From positions 31,290-95,289 of IMG/VR virus record IMGVR_UViG_3300034068_000566: 64,000 nucleotides of DNA; one strand, 5' to 3'. This stretch comes from a virus. The notes below the pieces were generated by a model. The model ran no database searches. It was not told the origin of the DNA and saw only the letters and a list, made by a program, of their open reading frames with translations. The position numbers were made by a program, and so were the translations under genes. Shown here one piece after another: positions 38,591 to 49,391 of the stretch (positions are counted from its first letter, which is position 1; each line of letters opens with the position of its first letter).

Positions 38591-39213
38591 TGGCAACACA
38601 AACATACATTAATGGTAGAAGAAAGTATGCTAGACCACAAGCAATGCTTTGGGCTAACAACTCAGGCACCCTTACAAATGGCTTCTACGTTCCCAACGGT
38701 TATGAGATAAAATCTGACACTACGGGGATATCAGATCAATCTCTGTTAGATCAATTCTTAATATTATCTGATGATAATAGGGGAGAGATTAATTTTAATA
38801 ACAACAGAATTGAAAAACGTGAAAGAATGATTAATGGTCGTATGCGCTCATATCATATTGCTGACAAACTAACTATCAGTACATCTTGGAATATGCTTCC
38901 ATCTAGATCAAGTGGAGTAGCTCCAGACTTTAATTCATCTGGTAAATCAGCAGAAACATCTTATACTACTGATGGTGGAGCAGGAGGAGTAGATCTTGTA
39001 GACTGGTATGATAGTCACAAAGGTTCTTTCTGGGTATATCTTGCTTATGATAAGTATTCTAATTTTGGTAAAGATGATTTAGCTTACGCACATCTTGGAC
39101 AATATAATGAATTAATAGAAATGTTTGTTTCAGATTTTAGTTATACTGTTGTTAAGCGTGGTGGAAGTAACCATGACTTCTGGAATGTTTCTTGTACATT
39201 GGAAGAAGTGTAA
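38590..39213 (+). CDS. Distal tail (Dit-like) protein
   Basis: Follows TMP; RMINGRMRSYHIADK...WNVSCTLEEV. Confidence 0.7.
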   Translation: MATQTYINGRRKYARPQAMLWANNSGTLTNGFYVPNGYEIKSDTTGISDQSLLDQFLILSDDNRGEINFNNNRIEKRERMINGRMRSYHIADKLTISTSWNMLPSRSSGVAPDFNSSGKSAETSYTTDGGAGGVDLVDWYDSHKGSFWVYLAYDKYSNFGKDDLAYAHLGQYNELIEMFVSDFSYTVVKRGGSNHDFWNVSCTLEEV

Positions 39214-42200
39214 TGTTTAAGAGTGATGAATTAAAAAACCACCTAGAAACATCATCTGTCATTAAAAGCAGATCATCAATTGTTGGTGAGTGGAATATGA
39301 ATATTGCTAATAATATTAGCCTTATTGGTAATTACAGATATAGACCTGCAGAAACTGGAACAACTTATTCAACATTACCAAACACATTTGATGCAGGAGA
39401 TGCTGGAAACTTTTATACTGGAGCAACCGATGCAGATATCTTAATTGATGGAGGAGTTGACGAGACCGAAACTCCGTTTACCCTAGTTCAAACAAAAGAA
39501 AAAAATAAATTCTTATACTCATTAGAAGATTGTTTTAAACCGTTTAGACCAAGATCTGGAATAAATAAATCATCTTTCTTTGCTGGTAAATTTTTTATAC
39601 ATAATCCCAATATGTTTATGGCCCAACGCCCAAGATACTACATGCCAGATAAAACAGATGTATTTAAATACTGGACCTCTTATAGAACTGAGAATGGTTA
39701 CTCTTATGGTGTTTCTAGTTTACACAATAACGAGTATAAAATTTCAGATAGTGTTCCTTTTATAGTTTATAAGGATGCTGTTCCGACAAACAGAATTGTT
39801 GTAAAAATGCAAACAAATGTTGGAGACATAAATCTTGGCCCATTTACAAATAGAGGTAGTTCCTTTGTTGATCCTTACTACGGAGATGTAAATAAAACTA
39901 CTCCAAAAAAATGGAAAATTCAGTATTTAAAAAACAATAGCTGGGTAGATGCTATATCTTTTAAGCCACAAGATTTAAGATCAGATGGATCTCCAATCAT
40001 TAAATCAGATGGGTATTTAGAAATTGAGTATGGACTTAAGGTTCCAAATCAATATAAAGATATCTTTGTATTTGCTGAAAAATATTCTTCTGCTAATCTT
40101 TTACCTGCAAAGTCTGTTAATGGTTATGCTTATTTAATTACAGCAAATGAAACAGACATTGGAACATTCCATATTTGGAATCAACCTAACTTAAGATACG
40201 ATACATTTACTCCAGAATATGCTTGGCAAATTCACGAAGAGACTGTTACAAGACTAACAAATTTTGTAACTGACGTAACAAGTCCACTATCATTTTTAAA
40301 TCCAACAGACAGCCTAACAAGGTACAGAGAGTTTGAGTATATCAAAGGTTTAAGAGTTGTAGTTGAATCAATGAATACAAATCAATCAACCTTTGATCTA
40401 ATTGAATTATCTCCTAGACTGGCTGTTGACCTTACAGAAAAAACTTTAAACTACTCGGTAAACAAGATTGCTTCAGATTTAGGGTCTAGTGGTTTGCCAG
40501 TTGGACAACTCTTGGCGTCTAATGGCTCAGTTGAATTCTTTGATTATGATGATGCTTTTAATGAAAACAATTCTACAAGCATTATTAGTAAATATAACTC
40601 AAGGTATATTCAGATTAAATTCTATGAAGTTATTGAAGAGGTTAATGGGTGGGACTATTTTGTACCACTAAAAACTTTATACTCTGATGGCTTTTTGGCT
40701 AACAACAACTCTAGTAAAACAGTTAGCCTAGAGCTTAGAGATTTATATTTTTATTTAGAATCAATTAAAGCCCCAGAACTTTTACTTAAAGACATATCTT
40801 TTTCTTCGGCAGTTTCTATTTTAATGGATGCAACAGGTGTGTCAAATTACACCTTTAAAAGAATTTCTGGAGAATCAGAGCATATAATTCCTTACTTCTT
40901 TGTACAACCAGACATTAGTGTTGCAGAAGTCTTACAGCAACTGGCTATTTCTACACAGACCGCAATGTTTTTTGATGAATACAATAACTTTATCTTGATG
41001 AGTAAAGAGTATATGATGCCAACCGCAACACAAAGAACAACTGATATGACCCTTTATGGTTCTTCAGATCAGGTTAAGGATGGTGCAATAAAAAATAAAA
41101 CTAATAAAGATAAGATTGCCAACATTATTGAAATATCTTCACAAGACAGCAATGTTTACAATGATGGTTTAATTAACTATACTTCTAGATATATTCAAAG
41201 AACTTTATCTTCTATAGATCAAACTAGTCAGGGTGAAGATAATGCAAAAACTTGGAGATATAAGCCAGCACTTTTGTGGGAAGTTGGAGCAAGCGAAAAT
41301 ACTCAAGCTCAAAATGAGACAGCAGGAACTCAATCATCTTATTCGTTATCAGCAATCCCACTAAACTCTGACCTTGCTAACTCTATTCCTTATGTTGTAA
41401 ACAATCAGGTTGTTAATAATATAATTGATCTAGGCGAGGGTATTAGTTTGTTGTCAAGAAATAATGGATACCTATACGCTAACGGAGAAATCATTAAATA
41501 CGATGCTGTTGAATATAACATACCTGGAGCAGAGCGACTACTTGAAACAGTGACAGCAAATGGACAAGACATTTATACTATTACTGTATCACTAAATAGT
41601 CTTGGAAATGTTTGGGTTCAAAACACTGAAGAGTATCAAAGATATTTCTCACAACTACCATTTAATGGAAAGATGTATAAAACTGGAAGATTAAGAATTT
41701 ATTCTGAGCCAAACTATGAAGAGATCAATGGCGTAACAAAACTAAAAAATGGTCCAGTGGCCAAACATGGAAGAAGACAGTTTGGAACTTTTGCTACTGC
41801 ACATACCGCTGGGCTAAATCCATACTGGTCAGATAATAAAAATGTTAGGGGCTGCACAATGCGTTCTGAATATTTATTTGGAAATCAAGATGTTGTTACG
41901 CTTACTGGAGTTACCTCAGCTGGAAATGTTATTACTACAAGTAGCACAACACTAGTTAAGGTTGGGCAAAGGGTAAAACTTACTTCAGGTTTGTCTACTG
42001 GGCTTTTAGATTTATCCGTAGTTAATAAAGTTACAGAAATTGTTGACGCAACCAAATTTAAAATAAGTCTACCTCCTCAAACGGCTTTGGTTAATGCAGA
42101 CTTAGAGTTAGAAAAATTACCAACTACAGTAATAGGTGCAGCAGGGGTTAACCCTGCTTTAGCAGTTAAAACAACAAGAAATGGAATAATAAAAAACTAT

Positions 42201-43793
42201 GCCTCTTCATTTAAAACTGCAGAATCAGAAAATAACAAAAAGACTACTCCGATAAGAGGAACAGTTCAGTCTTCTGCATTAGTAATGAATGGCCCATCTT
42301 TTAATACAACAGAAAAACCTTTAGACTTTATTTCGTATGTTTATAGGCCATTAGAGAATAAGTTTAAGCACTTCGGAACAAGAATGAGAATTGTTGGAAG
42401 AATTGAAAATGACACTAACGTTGTTCAGACTGCTGTTGGAAGTACTATAAATTATACTATTGATGGCACAACGCCAAACGAATCAATCAATGTTTCTGGT
42501 GGTTCTGGTGGTCTTGGGGTATTGCTAAATCCAACAACAAATAATGGATACTATTTTGAGATAATTGCACTTGGTACAAACAGTCGTAGTAAAAACCTAG
42601 ATGCAAATCTAAATGACGTCATTTTTTACAAAATTAAAAAAGATTCAGTAACTGGTGAAGCTATTCCAGAAATATTGTGGCAGGGCCTTCTTGGAGTTAC
42701 AGTAGATAACGGCTTGTTTACTGGGCAGGGCAGACTCATTGGAGACTCACCAACTACTGTATATGACTTATCTGTTGAGTATGAAAATTTAGGATCTAAA
42801 AAAGTTTTTTATCTTTTTATTAACGAGAATATTATAGCCAGAGTGGTTGATAATGAGCCTTTACCAGAGTACAACAACATGGCAATGTTTGTTCGTGGAT
42901 CTTCAAGAGTTATGTTTGAGCATGTTTATGCACTAACACAAAACTATAGTCAAAATTCTGGCTTTGCTTTAGATACGCCAGTAAGTTCTGCCTTTGCAAA
43001 TAAAGAAATTAATGCAAGCGAATCATTTAGAAAGTATGCTATCAGTGGGATAGTTCAAAATAGCTATCTGTCTGGTATTAGTTCTTCAGATCCGTTACGA
43101 TACAACATATTCTTTGATGAGTTTGGAACGATTATGAGAGAAGTTGCATCGTTTAATGTTAAGTATGATAAAGCGTACCCAGCACTTTTTGCTAAATTAT
43201 CTCCAACCTTTAATAGACTTAGAGGATATGTTGTTTCTGGTTTTAGAGCAGGAGCATATGGGGCAGAGTTTTTAATTTTTAATACAACAGATTCTATATT
43301 ATTTTTAGATGAAACTTCGGGGAACTATCTAAAGATTCAGGGTGTTACGTTTACCCAAGAAACAAAAAACACATTAACTGTTGATCAGTATTTTTCTAAG
43401 AATAGCAGCTTTTCTGGCCTTGAGTTTAATGGAGACAGTATTGTTACATCACCGTTAAAGTTAACAAAAGACTACGAGGATATTAAGATGAGCAGAATGA
43501 CCTATGGCAAAAAAGATTTTTCTCTTGAGGCAGAATACATTCAAACACAAGACTCTGCAAATTCATTAATGAAGTGGATTATTTCAAAAATTATGAAGCC
43601 TAGAAAATCTGTAGGCGTAAAACTTTTTGCTACCCCAACATTACAGCTAGGAGATATTGTTAATATAGACTATAATGAAAAATCTATAAATAAACTAGGA
43701 GACATGTCTAATCGATATGTAGTATACAATATCCAATACAGCAAAGGCCCAGATGGTCCTGATATGACGGTATATTTAAGTGAGGTGGCATAA
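39213..43793 (+). CDS. Tail tip / baseplate hub protein
   Basis: ATG overlaps the upstream stop (TAATG); LQQLAISTQTAMFFDEYNN hub motif and PTLQLGDIVNI C-terminus. Confidence 0.75.
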   Translation: MFKSDELKNHLETSSVIKSRSSIVGEWNMNIANNISLIGNYRYRPAETGTTYSTLPNTFDAGDAGNFYTGATDADILIDGGVDETETPFTLVQTKEKNKFLYSLEDCFKPFRPRSGINKSSFFAGKFFIHNPNMFMAQRPRYYMPDKTDVFKYWTSYRTENGYSYGVSSLHNNEYKISDSVPFIVYKDAVPTNRIVVKMQTNVGDINLGPFTNRGSSFVDPYYGDVNKTTPKKWKIQYLKNNSWVDAISFKPQDLRSDGSPIIKSDGYLEIEYGLKVPNQYKDIFVFAEKYSSANLLPAKSVNGYAYLITANETDIGTFHIWNQPNLRYDTFTPEYAWQIHEETVTRLTNFVTDVTSPLSFLNPTDSLTRYREFEYIKGLRVVVESMNTNQSTFDLIELSPRLAVDLTEKTLNYSVNKIASDLGSSGLPVGQLLASNGSVEFFDYDDAFNENNSTSIISKYNSRYIQIKFYEVIEEVNGWDYFVPLKTLYSDGFLANNNSSKTVSLELRDLYFYLESIKAPELLLKDISFSSAVSILMDATGVSNYTFKRISGESEHIIPYFFVQPDISVAEVLQQLAISTQTAMFFDEYNNFILMSKEYMMPTATQRTTDMTLYGSSDQVKDGAIKNKTNKDKIANIIEISSQDSNVYNDGLINYTSRYIQRTLSSIDQTSQGEDNAKTWRYKPALLWEVGASENTQAQNETAGTQSSYSLSAIPLNSDLANSIPYVVNNQVVNNIIDLGEGISLLSRNNGYLYANGEIIKYDAVEYNIPGAERLLETVTANGQDIYTITVSLNSLGNVWVQNTEEYQRYFSQLPFNGKMYKTGRLRIYSEPNYEEINGVTKLKNGPVAKHGRRQFGTFATAHTAGLNPYWSDNKNVRGCTMRSEYLFGNQDVVTLTGVTSAGNVITTSSTTLVKVGQRVKLTSGLSTGLLDLSVVNKVTEIVDATKFKISLPPQTALVNADLELEKLPTTVIGAAGVNPALAVKTTRNGIIKNYASSFKTAESENNKKTTPIRGTVQSSALVMNGPSFNTTEKPLDFISYVYRPLENKFKHFGTRMRIVGRIENDTNVVQTAVGSTINYTIDGTTPNESINVSGGSGGLGVLLNPTTNNGYYFEIIALGTNSRSKNLDANLNDVIFYKIKKDSVTGEAIPEILWQGLLGVTVDNGLFTGQGRLIGDSPTTVYDLSVEYENLGSKKVFYLFINENIIARVVDNEPLPEYNNMAMFVRGSSRVMFEHVYALTQNYSQNSGFALDTPVSSAFANKEINASESFRKYAISGIVQNSYLSGISSSDPLRYNIFFDEFGTIMREVASFNVKYDKAYPALFAKLSPTFNRLRGYVVSGFRAGAYGAEFLIFNTTDSILFLDETSGNYLKIQGVTFTQETKNTLTVDQYFSKNSSFSGLEFNGDSIVTSPLKLTKDYEDIKMSRMTYGKKDFSLEAEYIQTQDSANSLMKWIISKIMKPRKSVGVKLFATPTLQLGDIVNIDYNEKSINKLGDMSNRYVVYNIQYSKGPDGPDMTVYLSEVA

Positions 43794-44320
43794 TGACTGA
43801 GGCAACGGCTAATCTAGCGTCTAGTACCCCTTCTAAGCCTTCAGTGGCGGTAAAGGTGGCAATCCCAGAGCTAATTATTTTAGAGGATTCTCTTCCACCA
43901 AAAGAAATACAGTTCTACCTTACCTTTGAAGATATAGGTGGCCAAGAGATGATTAATATTGCTAGACATGATTTAGTCAATGGGCAAGATGTAGTCTATC
44001 AGGCAATCAAAAATTTAGCTGCCATTAACTTTCAATATAATCCTCAAAACATTCTTGCATTACAAGACGCTGACTTAACCTATTTTAAAAACTTCCCAAT
44101 ATCTTTTGAGAATAAGGTTCCAGATTGTGGAACTGGATACACACTATCTGGCACATCTCCAAACATAGAGCGAGTTCCCAACTGCAAGATTGTTTATCTT
44201 GAACCTGAAACTGGAAATATAATTATTAATGTCATAAACTTACAAAAAGATGAACAGGTTGAGGTTGAAATCTTAAGTTCTGGCGTGGTATTAAATGGTA
44301 CAATATATGAGGCGGTGTAA
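43793..44320 (+). CDS. Tail-associated hypothetical protein
   Basis: Translationally coupled, within the tail module. Confidence 0.6.
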   Translation: MTEATANLASSTPSKPSVAVKVAIPELIILEDSLPPKEIQFYLTFEDIGGQEMINIARHDLVNGQDVVYQAIKNLAAINFQYNPQNILALQDADLTYFKNFPISFENKVPDCGTGYTLSGTSPNIERVPNCKIVYLEPETGNIIINVINLQKDEQVEVEILSSGVVLNGTIYEAV

Positions 44321-44322
44321 TT

Positions 44323-45738
44323 ATGATAACAAATACAGGAAAAAGCATTCTGGCAAAATATTTAGTGGGACAAGCTCCCGCTTATGCTTCTTATATTGCT
44401 GTAGGTTGCGGACCAAAACCCCTCTCCTTGCTTTCATGTGATATTGTAAAAACTTCTATCACAGGAAATATAGCCACAATTACTACTGATCAGCCTCATA
44501 GATTTAACTTTAAACAAAAAATAGTAATATCAAATCCATCAAAAGGTAATATAGATCCTGTATATCTTGGTTCTCATACAGTATTGTCAGTGCCAACAAC
44601 TACAACATTTACATATGCTTTAACTAACACAAATTTGACAGAAGAAGTTATTTTCCCTGTGGGCACAGTGTCAGTAGATTTTTCAAAGCAAACATCTTTA
44701 GATTTTGAAATGTTTCGTGTTCCAATTTCTTCTCGTGGCTATGCCGTAGAAGATGTTTTGGTAGAAGGTGAGATTGTACAAGTTTCTAAAATTGTATTAA
44801 CAGCAGAGCTTCCAACAGAAGAAAGATATGATATTTCAGAAATTGGAATTTATTCTGCGGGATCAAATCCAGCAGCAGGAGCAAGAGATAGTAAGGTTGT
44901 TAATTCATTTAGAGATACAGAGCTATGGGAATACCATACCGTAACTCCAGCCCTTGCAACAGAGATTCCTTTTATTCCACAACCGCTAGATTCAAACAAT
45001 GACAACATCATTACTGGAGAATATTCTATCGGTGGTGTTCTAACTGAAACTCCAGTTTTTCAAACCAATGCTGATAACAGAATTTTTGCTACTGCAAACA
45101 GATCTGAAAGATATGAGAATTCTAGATTTTTAAATAACATGATCATGATGCGTGGTGATACTGCAACTCTTGCCCTAGATGTTGACGGAAACTTAAATCC
45201 ATCATCAGACTCTAATCATATTCACTTAACTGGAGTTAGTTTGAACTTTGATCAAAACTCATCACTGGATGAGTTACGCCTTGCATTTTCTTTAATTAAC
45301 GTTAGTGGAAACGGAACCCCAGATCAGGTTAGAGTTTTGTTTGAGTTTGCCTCAACAGATATCTCTAATACTGGTGTTTGGGCTAAATTCTCAACAGTCT
45401 TATCTGATGCAGATTATGATTTTTCAACAAACAGATATTTTGTTTCAAGTAAACAATTACAACAATTAGAAAAGAGTACTTCTTTTACTTGGACTTCTGT
45501 AAACGTTGTAAAGGTTTATGTTACAGTAGTTGAAAATATTTCAGCGCCAGTTCTTGTTGGGTCTTCAGATTATTATGTTGCCCTTGATGCCCTACGCCTA
45601 GAAAATGTAAGTTCGTCAAATTCTGTTTATGGATTGACTGGATACACGGTTATTAAAACAGACAACGCAGAAACAATAACAAAACTATCAAATACCAAAA
45701 ATTATATTGAGTTTAGGTTTGGGGTTGATGTTTTATAA
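44323..45738 (+). CDS. Tail/baseplate protein
   Basis: MITNTGKSILAKYL...YIAVGCG...ISEIGIYS pattern of tail-collar/baseplate proteins. Confidence 0.65.
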   Translation: MITNTGKSILAKYLVGQAPAYASYIAVGCGPKPLSLLSCDIVKTSITGNIATITTDQPHRFNFKQKIVISNPSKGNIDPVYLGSHTVLSVPTTTTFTYALTNTNLTEEVIFPVGTVSVDFSKQTSLDFEMFRVPISSRGYAVEDVLVEGEIVQVSKIVLTAELPTEERYDISEIGIYSAGSNPAAGARDSKVVNSFRDTELWEYHTVTPALATEIPFIPQPLDSNNDNIITGEYSIGGVLTETPVFQTNADNRIFATANRSERYENSRFLNNMIMMRGDTATLALDVDGNLNPSSDSNHIHLTGVSLNFDQNSSLDELRLAFSLINVSGNGTPDQVRVLFEFASTDISNTGVWAKFSTVLSDADYDFSTNRYFVSSKQLQQLEKSTSFTWTSVNVVKVYVTVVENISAPVLVGSSDYYVALDALRLENVSSSNSVYGLTGYTVIKTDNAETITKLSNTKNYIEFRFGVDVL

Positions 45739-46166
45739 TGGCTGACTCAGGAATTAAAAAAACCACAATATATAAAAAAGATTTAGGTAAAGTAGGAAAT
45801 TCCAATGAATATATTTTAAGGTATAGAATAGTTTCAGAAGATAAAAACCGAACATCCCATTGGTCACCAACATATGCTATTCCAGCAGAAGTTTTACCAG
45901 TTCAAGGTGTTCAAGGAGATGTTCAGGTAATTGGAAATACTGTTACTGTAGTTTGGGGCAGTTTATTAGGTACATCAGCATATGATATCTTTGTTGGCTT
46001 TGATGGTGCTCCACTTACTTGGAGAGCAACATCATCTGCTAACTCTCATTCATTTGTAAAGACAGGAACATCATCTGTACAGGTTCAGATACAGGTAGAA
46101 GGAATAAGCCAAACCCTAAATGATGCACTAAAAATATACCTATCACCAATCAAGTCTCTGGTATAA
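45738..46166 (+). CDS. Tail-associated protein (Ig/FN3-like)
   Basis: YILRYRIVSEDKNRTSHWSP; coupled start. Confidence 0.55.
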   Translation: MADSGIKKTTIYKKDLGKVGNSNEYILRYRIVSEDKNRTSHWSPTYAIPAEVLPVQGVQGDVQVIGNTVTVVWGSLLGTSAYDIFVGFDGAPLTWRATSSANSHSFVKTGTSSVQVQIQVEGISQTLNDALKIYLSPIKSLV

Positions 46167-46176
46167 TAGAATTACT

Positions 46177-46620
46177 ATGGCACAAATACAAATCCCACAA
46201 GCTGGCCAGCCTTTAGATGTTTCTTATATCTCTGAAATGGCAAGTGCTTTAAATGATCTTCAAAGTTTAGTTAGCCCAAATCAGTCTAAATATTTAACTA
46301 TAGATACTTCTCAGTCTGGTACTCAAACAGCGATGGGAAAAAACTCACGCTTTATTGGCGGGTATGTAGAAATTAAACCTGGAACAGTAACTGGCGGAGA
46401 AGGTATCCCATTTACTTATTCATTTTCATCAGCTGAATTTAAGTATCCACCAATTGTAACTGCAACAGTAGTTAATAAGGGAAATACTGTAGCTGGTAAA
46501 GACACTTACGTTATACTCTATCCAGCATCTACCTCAAAGGTTGATGGCGTTGTAAAGTTTGACTCTACTGGTAATGTTATTGTTGGAGTAAATCTTATTA
46601 TCATTGGTATCACTAATTAA
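46177..46620 (+). CDS. Virion-associated hypothetical protein
   Basis: FKYPPIVTAT...VNLIIIG C-terminal beta domain typical of minor tail proteins. Confidence 0.55.
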   Translation: MAQIQIPQAGQPLDVSYISEMASALNDLQSLVSPNQSKYLTIDTSQSGTQTAMGKNSRFIGGYVEIKPGTVTGGEGIPFTYSFSSAEFKYPPIVTATVVNKGNTVAGKDTYVILYPASTSKVDGVVKFDSTGNVIVGVNLIIIGITN

Positions 46621-46811
46621 TGCTAAAATGCAAAAAATGTAAAGGTAGGATGTTAATTGATAGAATTTACAGCTCTCCCACTCACCTTGAAACTTATTGC
46701 CTTATGTGTGGCAATAGGGTTTTCTTTACCCCACCCGAAAAAACATCAGAGGGTTCATGGCTACTAAAAAAGGAACAACAGAGAGCGAAGGCTACAATCT
46801 CTCGCCTATAA
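46620..46811 (+). CDS. Zinc-ribbon protein
   Basis: CKKCKGRM...CLMCG. Confidence 0.65.
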   Translation: MLKCKKCKGRMLIDRIYSSPTHLETYCLMCGNRVFFTPPEKTSEGSWLLKKEQQRAKATISRL

Positions 46812-47299
46812 TTTCTGGCAATAAAAAAGTTTGGTTTTTAAATGGAGATTTAGTCAGAGTGCATCATTTTAATAAGTCTAATGGGATTATGTCTGTTTAT
46901 AATATTAACAAAGATCAAATTGAAAGTTGTTTAATTAGCGAGTTTAAAAAGAAAAGAGAAAAAGCATATACTGTTGGCGAGACTGCTGATTTAGTTAATC
47001 GTCATAAAAAATATATGCCAAGATTAATGAAGAAAGGTTTGATACCTTTTCCTACTGGATCACAAAAAGGCGGGGCAAGAGGATGGCAAGTACGATCATA
47101 TTATTCAGAATCGCAAGTAAAAGAGATACGTGATATACTTGCAATGAACCATATTGGCAGACCAAGAAAAGATAATTTAATAACAAATGATATTACTCCC
47201 ACTAAGCAAGAGTTGACAAGACGTATGGGAGAAGGTATACTTACATATACGAGAACTGATGATGGGAGATTTATTCCAATTTGGAATGAGTCTATTTAA
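46757..47299 (+). CDS. MerR-like helix-turn-helix DNA-binding protein
   Basis: AYTVGETADLVNRH...GLIPFP...RSYYSESQV. Confidence 0.7.
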   Translation: MATKKGTTESEGYNLSPIISGNKKVWFLNGDLVRVHHFNKSNGIMSVYNINKDQIESCLISEFKKKREKAYTVGETADLVNRHKKYMPRLMKKGLIPFPTGSQKGGARGWQVRSYYSESQVKEIRDILAMNHIGRPRKDNLITNDITPTKQELTRRMGEGILTYTRTDDGRFIPIWNESI

Positions 47300-47312
47300 C
47301 GAAGGGTATAAA

Positions 47313-47519
47313 ATGGAAAACGATTTAACTAAGGTATCTGTAACATTAGGATATACATTAAACCTTGGAAACTTTCAATCACTAAGACTTGATCTTGGCA
47401 TTGTAGATTCTAAGCGTGGAGAAGAAAGCACAAACGAAGCGTTTGAGCGTGTGTATAAGTTTGTTGAAGATAAGCTTGCTGAAAAGATTAACGAAGCAAA
47501 GTCTGAAATCAACGAGTAA
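47313..47519 (+). CDS. Hypothetical protein
   Basis: KVSVTLGYTLNLGNFQSLRLD; start at 47313 after AAGGG. Confidence 0.7.
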   Translation: MENDLTKVSVTLGYTLNLGNFQSLRLDLGIVDSKRGEESTNEAFERVYKFVEDKLAEKINEAKSEINE

Positions 47520-47827
47520 TGGCCGAACGCAAAGACCGAATGGCTTTGCTTTCACGCTACAGTAAATACCATACTGCAAAGTATGAGCAAAAGCCATCAC
47601 TAAACTTAAATGTAGAGCAATGGGCAGCAGATGCTCTTGTAGAGTCCTATGGGGTTTCTGGGTGCTACGATATACTTGAGTACTATTTTAAGGTTGCAGA
47701 AAATCCTTCATGGAATTATTTTGCGTACAACGCAGAAAAAATTTTACAGGCACAAAAAGATAAAGGTCGAGATGACAAAGAGAGAGCAGAGCGCAGACGA
47801 ATGGCAAAGGAGTGGCTAAGTGAATAA
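47519..47827 (+). CDS. Hypothetical protein (possible helicase loader)
   Basis: Coupled directly upstream of the helicase. Confidence 0.55.
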   Translation: MAERKDRMALLSRYSKYHTAKYEQKPSLNLNVEQWAADALVESYGVSGCYDILEYYFKVAENPSWNYFAYNAEKILQAQKDKGRDDKERAERRRMAKEWLSE

Positions 47828-49043
47828 TACAGAAGCAAAACTAATCTCCGCAGTTTTAAGCGATAAGCAGGTGCACGTTCTCTTACAAGCAAATGTTGAC
47901 AACCTACTTAGAACCCATAATGATGTTTGGAATTTCATTAGAAATTATTTTGAGCATAACAGTTCTGTTCCACCAGTAGAGTTAGTTGTAGAAAAGTTTA
48001 GAGACTTTCAGCCTATCTCTGGCATTGGCGCTACTAAGCATCACCTTGAAGAATTACAGTCAGAGTATCTAACTGATAGCCTAAAAGATATCATTCGCAC
48101 AGCAGCCTCAGAAATTCAAACAGGTAATGGTGGTGAAGCACTTGACCAACTAATTACTAAAACATCTGAGTTAAAGAAAAACACATCAGCAATTCGTGAT
48201 ATTGATGTAACTGATCTTGAGTCAGCAGTTGCATACTTTGAAAACTTGAAAGCTCAACAAGCAGCAGGCCACGTTGGGATCAAGACTAACTTGCCAGGAT
48301 TTGATAACTACCTTCCTTCTGGAATTATGCCAGGGCAGCTAGGAGTCTTCTTAGCATACCCAGGTATAGGAAAGTCATGGATGGCTCTATACTTTGCTGT
48401 ACAGGCTTGGAAACAGGGTAAGACACCCCTTGTGATCTCACTTGAGATGTCTGAAACAGAAGTTCGTAACCGTGTATTTACAATTATGGGCGAAGGTCTT
48501 TGGTCTCACAGAAAATTAAGTAACGGTGAAGTTGAAATGGATATGCTAAAGATGTGGCATGCCAAACATCTACAGGGAAAGCCTGAGTTTCATATTATTT
48601 CAAATGATCAAGGTGGAGAGATTAATCCTTCAGTACTTCGTGGAAAGATTGATCAGTACAAGCCAGACTTTGTAATCGTTGACTACCTTCAACTGATGGC
48701 TCCTAATCAGAAGTCAGATAATGAAACGGTACGAATGAAAAACCTTTCAAGAGAACTAAAGCTAATGGCAATTGGCGAAGAGGTTCCAATCATTGCTATC
48801 TCATCTGCAACACCAGATGATGTTAATGATCTTAGTGGAGTACCTACATTAGGTCAAACTGCTTGGTCAAGACAAATTGCCTATGATGCTGACTGGGTTA
48901 TTGCTTTAGGCCGAGCAACCAATAGTGATATCATTGAGTGCGCCTTTAGAAAGAACCGCAATGGTTTTATGGGAGACTTTCTTGTTCAGGTTGATTTTGA
49001 CAAGGGATATTACAGATATAAGGACTTTGAGGATAAAAATTAA
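47820..49043 (+). CDS. dnaB: Replicative DnaB-like helicase
   Basis: AYPGIGKS Walker A, SLEMS, IVDYLQLM, IAYDAD, KNRNG. Confidence 0.93.
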   Translation: MNNTEAKLISAVLSDKQVHVLLQANVDNLLRTHNDVWNFIRNYFEHNSSVPPVELVVEKFRDFQPISGIGATKHHLEELQSEYLTDSLKDIIRTAASEIQTGNGGEALDQLITKTSELKKNTSAIRDIDVTDLESAVAYFENLKAQQAAGHVGIKTNLPGFDNYLPSGIMPGQLGVFLAYPGIGKSWMALYFAVQAWKQGKTPLVISLEMSETEVRNRVFTIMGEGLWSHRKLSNGEVEMDMLKMWHAKHLQGKPEFHIISNDQGGEINPSVLRGKIDQYKPDFVIVDYLQLMAPNQKSDNETVRMKNLSRELKLMAIGEEVPIIAISSATPDDVNDLSGVPTLGQTAWSRQIAYDADWVIALGRATNSDIIECAFRKNRNGFMGDFLVQVDFDKGYYRYKDFEDKN

Positions 49044-49064
49044 GATTAGTAGTTATAATAGGGT

Positions 49065-49391
49065 ATGGAAAACTATCACCACAAGCCTATTAAGAAGTTT
49101 TATCTGGATGGATTAATCCACGATGAGGCATCTATTGGTAGGCTTAAAATTGAATATATCAGATTAATTGTTTCAGAGATGAGACTTAGTGGATATGTTC
49201 CAAGGTTTGATATTGAGCCAGATTTTACGATAGACTATAATGAGAAGAAGAACAGTTTTTATTTTGCACTGACAGTACACGGAATATACGTAGGGAAGAG
49301 ACAAAGCGAATGGATATCAGGAATAGACGGAACCAAGGCAATACATATACAACCGAACAAATCAAAAGAGTCATCACAGGCTCAGGTTTAA
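49065..49391 (+). CDS. Hypothetical protein (leaderless)
   Basis: TATAAT at 49054-49059, 5 nt before the ATG. Confidence 0.65.
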   Translation: MENYHHKPIKKFYLDGLIHDEASIGRLKIEYIRLIVSEMRLSGYVPRFDIEPDFTIDYNEKKNSFYFALTVHGIYVGKRQSEWISGIDGTKAIHIQPNKSKESSQAQV

